A stretch of 63,703 bases of DNA, filler included, from an uncultured Methanosarcinales archaeon (GCA_964397315.1; 3 parts of 3 records of this genome joined end to end with filler, not necessarily neighbours in it); one strand, 5' to 3'. Numbered from the whole stretch's first letter, positions 10,877 to 20,536 are shown. Notes: generated from the sequence alone by a model not told the origin. Numbers and translations: made by a program.

Positions 10877-11098
10877 ATGGGCAAAAACCAGCATGTGGTA
10901 CCTACCGAAGATGGCTGGGGAGTCCGCGGTGAGGGTAATGACAGGCTCACTTCTATCCATCCGACCCAACAAGATGCAATAAATAGAGCCAGGGGAATAG
11001 CTCAAAACGAACGGAGTGAACTTGTCATTCACAGACCAGACGGAAGCATCCGAGATAAACACAGCTACGGAAATGACCCGTTTCCACCGGAAGGCTGA
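10877..11098 (+). CDS. DUF2188 family protein
   Basis: HVVP..GW.V..EG...TQ..AI..AR......SELVIH..DG.IR...SYGNDPFPP; SD GGAGGTG. Confidence 0.85.
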   Translation: MGKNQHVVPTEDGWGVRGEGNDRLTSIHPTQQDAINRARGIAQNERSELVIHRPDGSIRDKHSYGNDPFPPEG

Positions 11099-11125
11099 AC
11101 GGCAAAAGGGAAATAGCTGATTGGT

Positions 11126-14100
11126 TTAGGCGGTATCCCAGAAATGAATACTTGCTAAGCGGGCTATTTCTTGTTTGACCTCTTCTAGTTGAATTGGAAG
11201 AAGTGCAAATTTAGTTTCAAGGTTTCGATTAAGTTTGCGCAACACATATTTTGGGCTTCTATTCAAAACCAGGCTTTCTATAATCGTTTTCAGAATTAGT
11301 AACCTTCTCTCAGTAGTCCCAGCTTCGAGCCATACCCTCTGCAATAAATTTGCAGCTACTTCAACGGCACTATCTTCCGTGACATCAGGACTTTCAATTG
11401 ATTTTAAAGTAAGTTCAGCATCGGTACATATGGTTGTACAATCTTTATCGAGTTGATGCCAAATAATATCTTCATCAACCCAAATGAATTTATATCCATA
11501 TTTAATCATTTCTTTAACACACTCTGAATATTGACCTGAAGTAATTATGCCCATTTCCTTAAAATAGTTAAGTGTGATCTGGCTCCAACAACCGGGAATT
11601 CTGTAATCATTTTGCGCTATATCTCGGAATCCTTGATCGTCACTAAGCAAAATAGCATTTCGTTCCTTACAAGCAACCAGTGCTCCAAATTGAGCCTCCC
11701 CCAACACCTTCCTGAGTTTTTTCCCATTCGTTAAAATTCCATCTAAAGCGCCAACGGCAGGGACAACTTCGCAGTGTTGCTCAATAAAGGAAATATGAGA
11801 ACTCAGTAATTCAGCAAAGCTATTTTGGTCTTCATTGGTATATTCATGATGAATGTATTTATCCCCCTTCTTGCTCAAAAATCCTTTTGGTCTTGGAGAA
11901 CTGAGATTTTGGTCGTAACAACGTTTAAATTCATCCAAGGTAAGCTGAGATACTATCAAGGGTCGTTTTATTTCAAGAAGTAAGCTTAAAAGCCCAGGTA
12001 TTGAGAAGGTTATAATAACAGTTCCATCAAGTATTATTTCATTGCTTCTATCGTTTAATACACTCTGAGCATATGCACGTTCAACAGTGCTTCCAGAAAA
12101 AACGAAAACTGGTTGGTTAGGCTCACTAATCATTGTCAGATGAGCATCAATAAGGGTTTTCCCTTTCAGCACCCCAATGGCACCAAGCGTAAGCTTTCGT
12201 TCATTATATATTTGGACAATATCACTATCTTTTTTTGCCCCCTCATCGATTATTGATAACATCTGAGAGAAATCATTGTCGGAAACATCAAAACTGTGCA
12301 CGCTTTGGTCATCAGGGAATGAATAATTAAATTCTGTAAGTACTTTCTGGAACGCTCTTACATATTTGGTTTGAAGTTCAAGAACTTTGTAGGTTTTTGT
12401 TTCTAAAGAGAACTCTTCTTCTTTTTTACAACCAATTAATTTCTGCGCTGCATTGGTATCAACAACCCATTTTGTAGCGATTGATTTTTCATCAGTATTA
12501 AAAACTATATGTATCCATATTTCTTTTCCACTATTGTCTTTTAATTTTACCATAATGTCCTCACAAACAGTATCTGGGGGGTCAAGCATCCCCCCATCTG
12601 AATCAGACCTGAGAAAAGTACCTATATATGCTCTTTGGATATGAGGATTGTCATACTCAACCATGAGGGCCTTATATGATAAATCGATAGCATCTTTATA
12701 CTTTCCAGTGAAAGAAGCCAGTTCTGCAGCCGCCATAAGCACATTTGCGCTATGTGGATGATTGTTGGCATATTCTATCATTGCTTTCGTAGCTTCATCC
12801 CGTTCACCCATCCTATATAGCGCGATTTGAGCATTAATTTGGTAGAACTCGTTTTCAGGGTCAGTTTCAATTAATTTAGAGAATAACTCACACGCTTGCT
12901 TAAACGCCCCTACACTCAACAAAGATGAGGCTTCAAATTCGGTTAAGCCTGGTATGACGGTTCCACCAGACTTTTCACGCTCCTCTTTTGCAATCTTATA
13001 GGCTTTTTCTTCATTGCCTATTCGAGTAAGTGAATCCATATATCTAGGCATAAGATGTGTTCCAATAACATTTACTTTTTCATACAAATCAACAGCATCA
13101 TCATATTCACCTATTTGATAAGCTGCGTTTGCAAGGGGAAGGATAGAATTCGTACTTGACTCAGATGGCAACATGCCAATAGCTTTTTTTACATCATGAG
13201 TCGCCTCTTTCTTTCTTCCTGTTTCCCAATAAGCTTGTGCCCTTAGTACGAGTATAGACACATCATCTTCTTTAATTTCCAGTCCTCTATTAAGGATATC
13301 TAATGCAAAGTCATATTCTTGTTCATCAATAAGTGCTCCGGCAATAAAAGAGAAATTATTTAAATCAACTGTCTCTCCTGGGGGCAGGCTCTTATCGAGA
13401 ATACTCTTTGCATCTTTGCTGAAACCATTTTTCAAAAGAGTCCAGAATCTTAAGTTCAGGTCTTTATATCCTTCACCAAGTTTATCCAGCTTATCGAGGG
13501 CTTCTTTAGCAATACTTGCTTTCCTTGATTGGAAACAAATTCGGATTTTGTTCCAAAGAGCATCAACATCCTCTTCGTTGTATTCAAGCACCTTATCAAT
13601 ATCTTCAAGCGCATTCTTAAGCTCGCCCATAAATAAACGACAAGCAGAGCGCGATTGATAAGCCATATATAATTTATGGGGCCTTGAGCTGAAAAGCTGA
13701 ATTGCTTTTGTTAATAGATGCTCAGCTTCATTACAACGTCGCATAGGTAGGGAATCATGTCTTTCTCCGTCTATATAGTTTCCTTCAAGTTCTATTTGTG
13801 CTTGTTGAAGGAATACCTGCGCTAAAAGGAGCATTGTTTGGGGGTCTTCTTCTAATTCCAAACACTGGTAAAACCACTTTTCAGCTGCTCCATAATCTCC
13901 CGTCTGCGAATATACGACACCAAGAGAGAAAGCAACATCTTTAGAAACCTCTTTGTTCTCGTATAGTTTCAATTCATCGAAACGTCCCTGAGAACCAAGA
14001 AGTCGTATGTATATAGCTTTTACTGCTTCATTTGTAGAGTCTAGCTCTAATGCTCTGTTTATTGAATCACTTGCCTTTTTTATTTCTCCACTCTGAAGCC

Positions 14101-14917
14101 TCATCATTACAGAATTTGTCAGTATTTTTATATCATTGGGGTTTAAAACAAGGCCTGATTCAAAGTGTTCTGAAGCCGCTTTGAAATCCCCTTCTTCTAA
14201 AAAACATAGTCCTAAATTATTTTCAATTTTCGCCCTAAGTTCAATGTTTGTAGCATCTTCTTTTTCAATATCTTCTTTAAGCTGCAAATACAATCGCTTG
14301 GCTTCGAGTGAATTACCACTCTGAAGTATTTCCCTTGCAGTTTCATGTCTTACTTCAAAAGACTTTTCATCTCCATTATATCGAGAGTCTTTTACTTTCG
14401 CCTCTCCAGTATGATTTAATAATGTACTTTCAAACTCATTAATTCTCGATAGAATCTTTTCTTCTGAATCTCTAGTTGCTTGAATATTTGCTCTGCCGAA
14501 TTCGGTCGTTCTTTCGCCATAGTGTTCGATGCGCCCTGCGAGGAATAACGGAGCATGATACGAAGTAAGCAGTTCTTGAATCATTGCTTTAATGAAATCT
14601 TCGATAATCTTGGTCGCGCTATCTATAGTCGTTTCATTATCAAAAAATTCCGAAATATGTACAAAAGACGAAACCAAGTCCGCAATTTTTAAATTGCCAT
14701 TACCAGTCACTATCATTTGTTTAAATTTTATGAAATCATTGGAATTAACCCATCCGCCAAGTTGTTCCCTCAATGAGGGAAATTGTTCATGTAGAATAGA
14801 GGTACTGTTGATGGCACGGTCAATGATTCCATCCATTTCAGGACCTTTTAATCTGGCATTTCTACACAAATTGAGAAGAAATTGAATAAGAGAAATTGTT
14901 GGTGACAGGATATCCAT
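11126..14917 (-). CDS. TPR-repeat protein with GreA/B C-terminal-like and PIN domains
   Basis: Long TPR array; AAQKLIGCKKEEEF...YKVLEL (GreAB-C-like); IILDGT, VSQLTLDEF, LLSDD (PIN-like). Confidence 0.75.
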   Translation of the reverse strand: MDILSPTISLIQFLLNLCRNARLKGPEMDGIIDRAINSTSILHEQFPSLREQLGGWVNSNDFIKFKQMIVTGNGNLKIADLVSSFVHISEFFDNETTIDSATKIIEDFIKAMIQELLTSYHAPLFLAGRIEHYGERTTEFGRANIQATRDSEEKILSRINEFESTLLNHTGEAKVKDSRYNGDEKSFEVRHETAREILQSGNSLEAKRLYLQLKEDIEKEDATNIELRAKIENNLGLCFLEEGDFKAASEHFESGLVLNPNDIKILTNSVMMRLQSGEIKKASDSINRALELDSTNEAVKAIYIRLLGSQGRFDELKLYENKEVSKDVAFSLGVVYSQTGDYGAAEKWFYQCLELEEDPQTMLLLAQVFLQQAQIELEGNYIDGERHDSLPMRRCNEAEHLLTKAIQLFSSRPHKLYMAYQSRSACRLFMGELKNALEDIDKVLEYNEEDVDALWNKIRICFQSRKASIAKEALDKLDKLGEGYKDLNLRFWTLLKNGFSKDAKSILDKSLPPGETVDLNNFSFIAGALIDEQEYDFALDILNRGLEIKEDDVSILVLRAQAYWETGRKKEATHDVKKAIGMLPSESSTNSILPLANAAYQIGEYDDAVDLYEKVNVIGTHLMPRYMDSLTRIGNEEKAYKIAKEEREKSGGTVIPGLTEFEASSLLSVGAFKQACELFSKLIETDPENEFYQINAQIALYRMGERDEATKAMIEYANNHPHSANVLMAAAELASFTGKYKDAIDLSYKALMVEYDNPHIQRAYIGTFLRSDSDGGMLDPPDTVCEDIMVKLKDNSGKEIWIHIVFNTDEKSIATKWVVDTNAAQKLIGCKKEEEFSLETKTYKVLELQTKYVRAFQKVLTEFNYSFPDDQSVHSFDVSDNDFSQMLSIIDEGAKKDSDIVQIYNERKLTLGAIGVLKGKTLIDAHLTMISEPNQPVFVFSGSTVERAYAQSVLNDRSNEIILDGTVIITFSIPGLLSLLLEIKRPLIVSQLTLDEFKRCYDQNLSSPRPKGFLSKKGDKYIHHEYTNEDQNSFAELLSSHISFIEQHCEVVPAVGALDGILTNGKKLRKVLGEAQFGALVACKERNAILLSDDQGFRDIAQNDYRIPGCWSQITLNYFKEMGIITSGQYSECVKEMIKYGYKFIWVDEDIIWHQLDKDCTTICTDAELTLKSIESPDVTEDSAVEVAANLLQRVWLEAGTTERRLLILKTIIESLVLNRSPKYVLRKLNRNLETKFALLPIQLEEVKQEIARLASIHFWDTA

Positions 14918-15156
14918 GCTAGTCCCCCACTCCAAAGCCTATACAGGTGTAATCAAGTACTTCGCCGATATTAAGATTTGGAACATTGTTTGCCAATATC
15001 TTAACTTTATTGAACCTCATATATCACCATAATAACTATCCTGATTATTTTTGGCAAATTTGGCCACCTGTTTCTTACACTTTTGATTCTCTCTGCTCCC
15101 TTCCCGCCCTTACTCCGCTTCCCTTTCCTGATTTTAGGGGCTGAGCGGCTTGTGTT

Positions 15157-15506
15157 TGTGCCAGGATTTTCTGTTTTTGTTTTTTTGAGGGGCCTGGGGG
15201 CCTTGTGATTTCCGGCTTTGCGGGCTTTTAAAATGTGCCAGGAATGTGCCAGGATTTGGTGAAATTGGTGGAATTTTTGGGGTTTTGTGGGTTGTGTGGA
15301 ATGCGGCAGCCGACCCGAAAATTTCAATTATTACGGTAACTTAGCGGATTTGATTGGTTTTTTGGATTTGGCGGAAAATGGCTCGTATCGCTTTAGAAGT
15401 CCGTTGCTCTATCCCCTGAGCTACAGGCGCTTTGTCTTTAGAATCAGTTACTTACGCTGTTTTTGATGGTGGCATTTTCTTGAAAATGTGCCAGGATGTG
15501 CCAGGA
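15157..15506. mobile_element. Putative attP of the integrative element
   Basis: TGTGCCAGGA at 15157, 15234, 15245, 15487 and 15497 flanking a tRNA-derived core (15393-15430); IHF consensus AATCAGTTACTTA at 15442-15454; directly downstream of int. Confidence 0.75.
15393..15430 (-). pseudogene. 5' half of tRNA-Arg(TCT) (att core)
   Basis: GCGCCTGTAGCTCAGGGGATAGAGCAACGGACTTCTAA covers acceptor 5' strand, D arm and anticodon loop; no 3' half follows. Confidence 0.85.
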
Positions 15507-15512
15507 TTTGCT

Positions 15513-16523
15513 TTAGATGGCGCTTTTGAGGTCTTCCTCGTCTATTGTGTCGTATCTGGTGAGCATGCTTATTGTCTTGTGTCCGGTTATTGCCATGATG
15601 ACCCTGTCCTGTTTTCCTTCTTTTCTTTTGTTGGTTATGAAGGTGTGTCTGAGGTCGTGGAATCTGAAGTCTTTGATGCCTGCTTTTTTGCATGCGCTCT
15701 TGAACGCTCTTTTTACTGATGCTATGGATTTTCCTGCGTAGGTGAAGACGCTGCCTTCTTTCCTTTTGCTCTGAGTGAGTGTCTCGTGGAGCAGTGTGCT
15801 GATGGGTATTTTTCTTGGCTCGTTTGTTTTTGTCTGCTCCGGCTTTAGTGTGATGAATCCGCTTTCCAGGTCTACCTGCTCCCATTGGAGGCTGAATATT
15901 TCTCCTGCTCTCATTCCTGTCTCGTGGGCTGCTATGAGTATGGGCTTGAGGTGCTTTGGTGATGCTGTAAGCAGTTTTTGGAATTCTTCTTTTGTGAGGA
16001 CTCTGTCTCTTTTGTTGTTCTCCTTCAGGAGCTTTATGTGTTTCATGGGGTTGTTTTCCAGTTTTTCGTTTCTTATTGCCCTGTTGTAGATTGTCCGCAA
16101 ACAGGCGAGTTCCTTGTTTATTGTTGCGGGTGCGGGTTGCTTGCCGTTGCGCATTGTGGATTTCTTCCTGTAGAGTATGTAGTCCTCTATGTGCATTGGC
16201 CTGATGTCTGCTGCTGGGCGGTCTTTGAAGAAGGCCTTGAGGTGTTTTATGCAGTCCTGGTCTCTACGCCAGCTTCGCTTATGAGCTTTGGCGTAAGTTA
16301 GAAAGTCTTCTGCTATGTCAAAGAACGTGACCTTGCGCTGCTGTATTCTTTTCTCGTATGCTCCCCCGCCGATGTCCATGATGATTCTGGCGAGGATTTG
16401 CTCTGCTTCGCGCTGGGTCGTGGCCTTTGTGGCCTTTCGGATGTCCCTGCCGAAGGGGTCATGGTATCTTACGTACCACGTGACCCTGCCGTTGGTTCCG
16501 GCTCGCTTGTAAGTGCTTGCCAT
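15513..16523 (-). CDS. int: Tyrosine recombinase / phage-type integrase
   Basis: TGMRAGE, KT, FHDLRHT, TGH, RY catalytic motifs; arm-binding-like N-terminus (WYVRY); SD AAAGGAG before ATG 16523. Confidence 0.95.
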   Translation of the reverse strand: MASTYKRAGTNGRVTWYVRYHDPFGRDIRKATKATTQREAEQILARIIMDIGGGAYEKRIQQRKVTFFDIAEDFLTYAKAHKRSWRRDQDCIKHLKAFFKDRPAADIRPMHIEDYILYRKKSTMRNGKQPAPATINKELACLRTIYNRAIRNEKLENNPMKHIKLLKENNKRDRVLTKEEFQKLLTASPKHLKPILIAAHETGMRAGEIFSLQWEQVDLESGFITLKPEQTKTNEPRKIPISTLLHETLTQSKRKEGSVFTYAGKSIASVKRAFKSACKKAGIKDFRFHDLRHTFITNKRKEGKQDRVIMAITGHKTISMLTRYDTIDEEDLKSAI

Positions 16524-16590
16524 TAGGCTGCTCCTTTCAACGAGCCGGCTGCCGCTTCCGTTATTAGTATAGCACGGGAGGGCATTTTTT

Positions 16591-16773
16591 TCAGTTCCTC
16601 CTGGCCTCCAGGATCTTTCTTTCAATGTCTTTTTCGCTGAAGCGGATGCATCTCCTGCCGTCATGGCCGAGGTCTATGTAGCTTATTCGTTTTTCGTCTA
16701 TCCACTTGTAGATGGCTGAGACGCTGACGTTGAGCATTTCCGCTGCTTCCTTTGCTGTGAGGAGCTTTTCCAT
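16591..16773 (-). CDS. xis: Excisionase-like HTH_17 protein
   Basis: LLTAKEAAEMLNVS...IYKWI...RF pattern, adjacent to int. Confidence 0.85.
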   Translation of the reverse strand: MEKLLTAKEAAEMLNVSVSAIYKWIDEKRISYIDLGHDGRRCIRFSEKDIERKILEARRN

Positions 16774-16776
16774 GGC

Positions 16777-17379
16777 TTAGTTCCTTTCCGGCTGTTTTAT
16801 TGCCTCAAGAATTTCATTTATTGTTTTGCTTCCGTCTGAGTATTCTATCCATGCCTTGTTGTGCTGGGTGTCGTATTTGATTATTGGTATTGGCTCTCCG
16901 CATGGGAGTGCTTCCCTGTCTGGGTTTTGATATTCCTGGAAAAGCTTGTAAAAGGGTTGGGGTGTTGTCCATTCGTCAAAGAGGTGGGTGTTGTTTTTCT
17001 TCTGCTCCTGTCTTTTCCTGTACCTTTCTTTTATCATGCCGTAGTTGTTGCAGAAGCAGTGGATGAGGTATGGCTGTGCGCTGTTCTTTTCTGCTGTGTG
17101 GTATGCTGCTTTGCGGAATATTCTGAGGGCGAATGTTCCGTCTATTATCACGCTTCTGCCCTCCATGAGGTGCTCTTCTGCCTGCTTTAGGGTTAGGCGG
17201 TATACGTGATGCCTTTCCAGGGGGTTTGTGTTGATGATGCCCGGGTTGTCGCAGTGCCGTTTTCTTATGTCATCAGTGCACACCCTGCTGATGCCCAATC
17301 TTTCGCTGAGTTCTGTTGAGAGTGTTGACTTGCCCGAGCATTGGAGGCCGCAGCAGATTATCATGATTGGGCTGTGCAT
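16777..17379 (-). CDS. AAA_33-type P-loop kinase
   Basis: GLQCSGKST, TDDIRK, SVIIDGTF...R. Confidence 0.8.
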   Translation of the reverse strand: MHSPIMIICCGLQCSGKSTLSTELSERLGISRVCTDDIRKRHCDNPGIINTNPLERHHVYRLTLKQAEEHLMEGRSVIIDGTFALRIFRKAAYHTAEKNSAQPYLIHCFCNNYGMIKERYRKRQEQKKNNTHLFDEWTTPQPFYKLFQEYQNPDREALPCGEPIPIIKYDTQHNKAWIEYSDGSKTINEILEAIKQPERN

Positions 17380-17380
17380 T

Positions 17381-17635
17381 TTATCCTCTCCTTAACAGCT
17401 TTATTGCTGCGATGATGCTTATGAGGAGCATTGCAAGGGATACTGCTGAGAGCACCGGGTTGTTGTGGTGGAGTATGCTGATTTGCGGCAGGTGGAGGCC
17501 TGGAGATGGAATGTTGAATGAGATGTCGTGAGTGAGCAGGTAGTAGGCTATGGTTGCTGTGGTGATTATTATGATGCTGCGCTTCCACGCGATGCGCCTC
17601 AGGAGATTTCTTAAATCTATTTTTTCGAGGTTCAT
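17381..17635 (-). CDS. Small two-TM membrane protein
   Basis: Two hydrophobic stretches; tightly packed in the gene run. Confidence 0.65.
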   Translation of the reverse strand: MNLEKIDLRNLLRRIAWKRSIIIITTATIAYYLLTHDISFNIPSPGLHLPQISILHHNNPVLSAVSLAMLLISIIAAIKLLRRG

Positions 17636-17638
17636 GGC

Positions 17639-18712
17639 TTACTCCAGGTAGTCGTCTATGAGCTTCAGCTCAACGTTCTTTGAGGGCTGGATGCCTGTCT
17701 TTTTCATGGCTTCCTTTAATTCAAAAACAAGAATTGTCTTGTTGAAGCCGTTTTTGAGGTTTCTGTCTATGTTGTCCTGTATGTTTGTGGTGTGGATGCA
17801 CACTTCCACTGCAATAAGCCCTTCAGGTGTTTTTACTGCAACATCGCAGTCCAGGTGTTCCTGTTTGGCTTCGCAGCCGTTTTTTTCATAATATTCGGCA
17901 ATCCTTTTCTCATAGTAGGCATGTTTCAGGCCGCCTTTTCCTGTGTATTTTTTGCTCGTCTTTCCCAGTGCTTTCAAACCTTCTTTTTTTATGTCTGTGA
18001 GGCTTGCCGCTCCTCCCCTGCCTTTTCTTGTTTTTGCTGACTCTTTTGAGACAAGGCCTTTCATTATTAAGGTGTTGAGTGCCTTGTTTCCTTTTGAGGC
18101 TGAAAGGTTGAGCATTTTATAGCGCTCTACTGTGGTGAGGAAAGGGTGCTCGTGTATGTTTTCCAGAAGCATTCCGGCGTCTTTGTCAAAGTAGAATGAG
18201 GGGGCTTCCTTAACAGCTTTCAGTTCAGCTTTTGGAGTTGATTCTGTATTGTATGCTGCCTGCTCTCTTGGTATTACCTGCTTTTGCAGTTCTTTAACCT
18301 TTTGTCTGGCTTCAGGCTTGAGTATTACGGGTTTCTTCCTTATCTCGTCTGCCTTGTTGAATGCCTTGATTATGAACGGCCTTTGTATTCGTCTGGTTGA
18401 GATTATGGCGTGGTAGTTGGGAAGCTTTGAGATCATTTCCTGCTCTTCTCTTGAGAGGCTGCAGGCCTGGCCCATGTATCTCGCGTCTTCAGCATCTGAG
18501 AGGTTGAAGATTATTTTTGTGTAGGCTTCGCTTCTGAGGCTGGACAGGACGAGATGGGGCTGGTGTGTTATGACTACTGCGCCCACGCCTGAAGAGCGTG
18601 ATGTTGTGAACAGTGATGATGCTGTGGGGTATCCTATCATGGCCTGCTCGGCGTGTTTGCTGAAGGTGGTGTCACCTTCATCGTAAACAAGAACTGTGTT
18701 CAGTTTGCTCAT
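17639..18712 (-). CDS. C-terminal part of split HerA/VirB4-like ATPase (Walker B, wHTH, PD-(D/E)xK-like domain)
   Basis: VLVYDE, R..GVGAVVITHQP, E...CDVAV...IAVEV; ATGA overlap and SD GGAGGTG. Confidence 0.7.
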   Translation of the reverse strand: MSKLNTVLVYDEGDTTFSKHAEQAMIGYPTASSLFTTSRSSGVGAVVITHQPHLVLSSLRSEAYTKIIFNLSDAEDARYMGQACSLSREEQEMISKLPNYHAIISTRRIQRPFIIKAFNKADEIRKKPVILKPEARQKVKELQKQVIPREQAAYNTESTPKAELKAVKEAPSFYFDKDAGMLLENIHEHPFLTTVERYKMLNLSASKGNKALNTLIMKGLVSKESAKTRKGRGGAASLTDIKKEGLKALGKTSKKYTGKGGLKHAYYEKRIAEYYEKNGCEAKQEHLDCDVAVKTPEGLIAVEVCIHTTNIQDNIDRNLKNGFNKTILVFELKEAMKKTGIQPSKNVELKLIDDYLE

Positions 18713-19662
18713 TTTCTTTTGTACACCTCCGTTAAGTACTGGTAGATGTTTAAGCATATGAACTCCTGCGAATAATAATCTAAATCCGTGAGGTTTATGA
18801 TTACGAACTCGTGGGCGAGCTTTTCCAGGGGAAGCCCTTTGAGGCAGTCAAATATCTTCCCGCTCTTGTTGCTTAAAAGTCCGGCGAAGCGGTTTTCAAG
18901 AACTCCCTCGTACCTTGTTCTGGGGAGCTTTTTGATTTCCTCGTAAAGCTCGTAAACAGAGAATGGCCTGCCGTTGTGCTGCTTATCCAGCTTTTCAAGA
19001 AGGGTGCTTACCTGGTTGGCGCTTCCTTCGCGGAAGAAGAATACCTCGCCTGCAAGTTTTGTGAAGCGCTGAAAAACTATCTCTCTGTTATGCCCTTCAT
19101 GCCAGAGGGGATTTATTTTTAACGTGTCCGAATCAAGAAAAATTATCTCATCATTAATGTTGTAAAGGTAATCCTCATCAAGCTTCATTGTCTGAAAGAA
19201 AAACATCCCTATACGGTCATCTTCTTTCAATCCGTAAGTTTGATTGAAGCGGTGAATCTCGGACGCCAAAACGTAAAGTATATTGGTCTTGCCGCTTCCT
19301 GTTCCCCCAGCGATGAGGTTTGGGCATGTCAACTCAATGGGGTAGAGGCTGTAGACCGGCTGGTTACTCATAGGCTGGTTGAAGTCGTAGATGACCTGGC
19401 CCAGTTCCAGGGGGCCGTGGGCGTCTTCATGGTTGATTCGGTGCCTGTAGGGGTTTGGGTTCTCACCTGCTGTTGAGTTGGCCGCTATGGTCTGGGTGAG
19501 TTCTTTTTTCACGCTTTGCACGAAGGGTGATTTTTGGTGGCTTTCGTCGAGCTGAAGGAGCTTTAGCGCCTTGAGCGCTCTGCTGTCGCTCTCTTTGCCT
19601 GCGAGCTGTATGAGCTGGAGGAATTGAAACAGGAATGAGTTCTGCGGCGGTCTTGACTTCAT
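18709..19662 (-). CDS. N-terminal part of split HerA/VirB4-like ATPase (Walker A)
   Basis: LIAGGTGSGKT, KINPL, VIINL; SD AAGGAG before ATG 19662. Confidence 0.75.
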   Translation of the reverse strand: MKSRPPQNSFLFQFLQLIQLAGKESDSRALKALKLLQLDESHQKSPFVQSVKKELTQTIAANSTAGENPNPYRHRINHEDAHGPLELGQVIYDFNQPMSNQPVYSLYPIELTCPNLIAGGTGSGKTNILYVLASEIHRFNQTYGLKEDDRIGMFFFQTMKLDEDYLYNINDEIIFLDSDTLKINPLWHEGHNREIVFQRFTKLAGEVFFFREGSANQVSTLLEKLDKQHNGRPFSVYELYEEIKKLPRTRYEGVLENRFAGLLSNKSGKIFDCLKGLPLEKLAHEFVIINLTDLDYYSQEFICLNIYQYLTEVYKRK

Positions 19663-19667
19663 TGCTA

Positions 19668-20213
19668 TTACTCCTTGAGGAAGAGCAGGCTCAGCACTTG
19701 TCCTGTGAGCCAAAGTGTTAGTTTGATGGGGAAGAGCAGGATTGTGGTGGTTATGCTGATGATGTAGGCTCTCCTGCACATTGTCCTGCTGTTGAACTCG
19801 TGCCTGCAATTCCCGCATAGAAGCTCTCTGGAGCTGTGGTATTCGCATGATGCTGCTTCGCTGGCGTGCACCAGGCTTTTGCATTGCGAGCATGCACCAA
19901 GAATGTCCTTGTCCTCGTGTACAAGGTAGCCTGCTCCTGAGGTGTTGAATGAGCGGGTTATGGTCGTGTTCATGCCGCTTTCTGTTTCCTCGTCTATCTG
20001 CTCGCGGTCATACAAAATGCCCTCATTTGAGCGCGTGAGCCTGCCGATGCTTCGCCTTCTTGTTACAAGCTGCGGGTCAGGCTGCTGCACTGTTGCAGGT
20101 TGTGCTGTGTTGTCCTGGAGCTGCCATTGCTGCCCGCAGCTTTGGCATTGGAAGCGGCCTGTTTCAAGAAGCGCAAGGTTGTTGCTGCCGCAGAACGGGC
20201 ACTTTCTCTGCAT
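19668..20213 (-). CDS. Multi-Zn-finger protein with C-terminal membrane anchor
   Basis: CPFC...CQSC, CSQC...C..H...CGNC; hydrophobic C-terminus. Confidence 0.7.
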   Translation of the reverse strand: MQRKCPFCGSNNLALLETGRFQCQSCGQQWQLQDNTAQPATVQQPDPQLVTRRRSIGRLTRSNEGILYDREQIDEETESGMNTTITRSFNTSGAGYLVHEDKDILGACSQCKSLVHASEAASCEYHSSRELLCGNCRHEFNSRTMCRRAYIISITTTILLFPIKLTLWLTGQVLSLLFLKE

Positions 20214-20536
20214 TATTCGCCTTCCTCGTCTGTTTCAAAGGTTTCCTCTTGCTCGTAGGCGTCGTGCTCCTCTGTTTGCTTTCTTATCTCCTCCCATGCC
20301 TCATCATTCTCCATGTGCAGCAGCCTCTCATAATCAAGCTCTACACCCTCTTCCTCTGCATCGTTGAGGGTGCGCTTTACAGTTGAGAGGAGAACCTCAT
20401 CATTCGTGTTGGCCGGCTTGCGCCTGTCATTCTCCCTGCGGTCATTTGTTATGCCGTGATGGATGGAATTCTCCGGGAACTTCTTGTTGTTGAGTCCGGT
20501 GAGCTTGAGGGCCAGTTTTGCCTTTGGTTTTTTCAT
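20213..20536 (-). CDS. Hypothetical protein with acidic C-terminus
   Basis: Purine-rich SD before ATG 20536; TAATG coupling to the next gene; overlaps the E1 tail by 95 nt. Confidence 0.5.
   Translation of the reverse strand: MKKPKAKLALKLTGLNNKKFPENSIHHGITNDRRENDRRKPANTNDEVLLSTVKRTLNDAEEEGVELDYERLLHMENDEAWEEIRKQTEEHDAYEQEETFETDEEGE

Noticed and set aside
15007..15327. 106-aa ORF beside the integrase
   Set aside because: Low-complexity translation overlapping the att arm repeats; probably non-coding.
15393..15430. Complete or intron-containing tRNA-Arg gene
   Set aside because: No 3' anticodon strand, T arm or BHB junction found downstream; context fits an att core.
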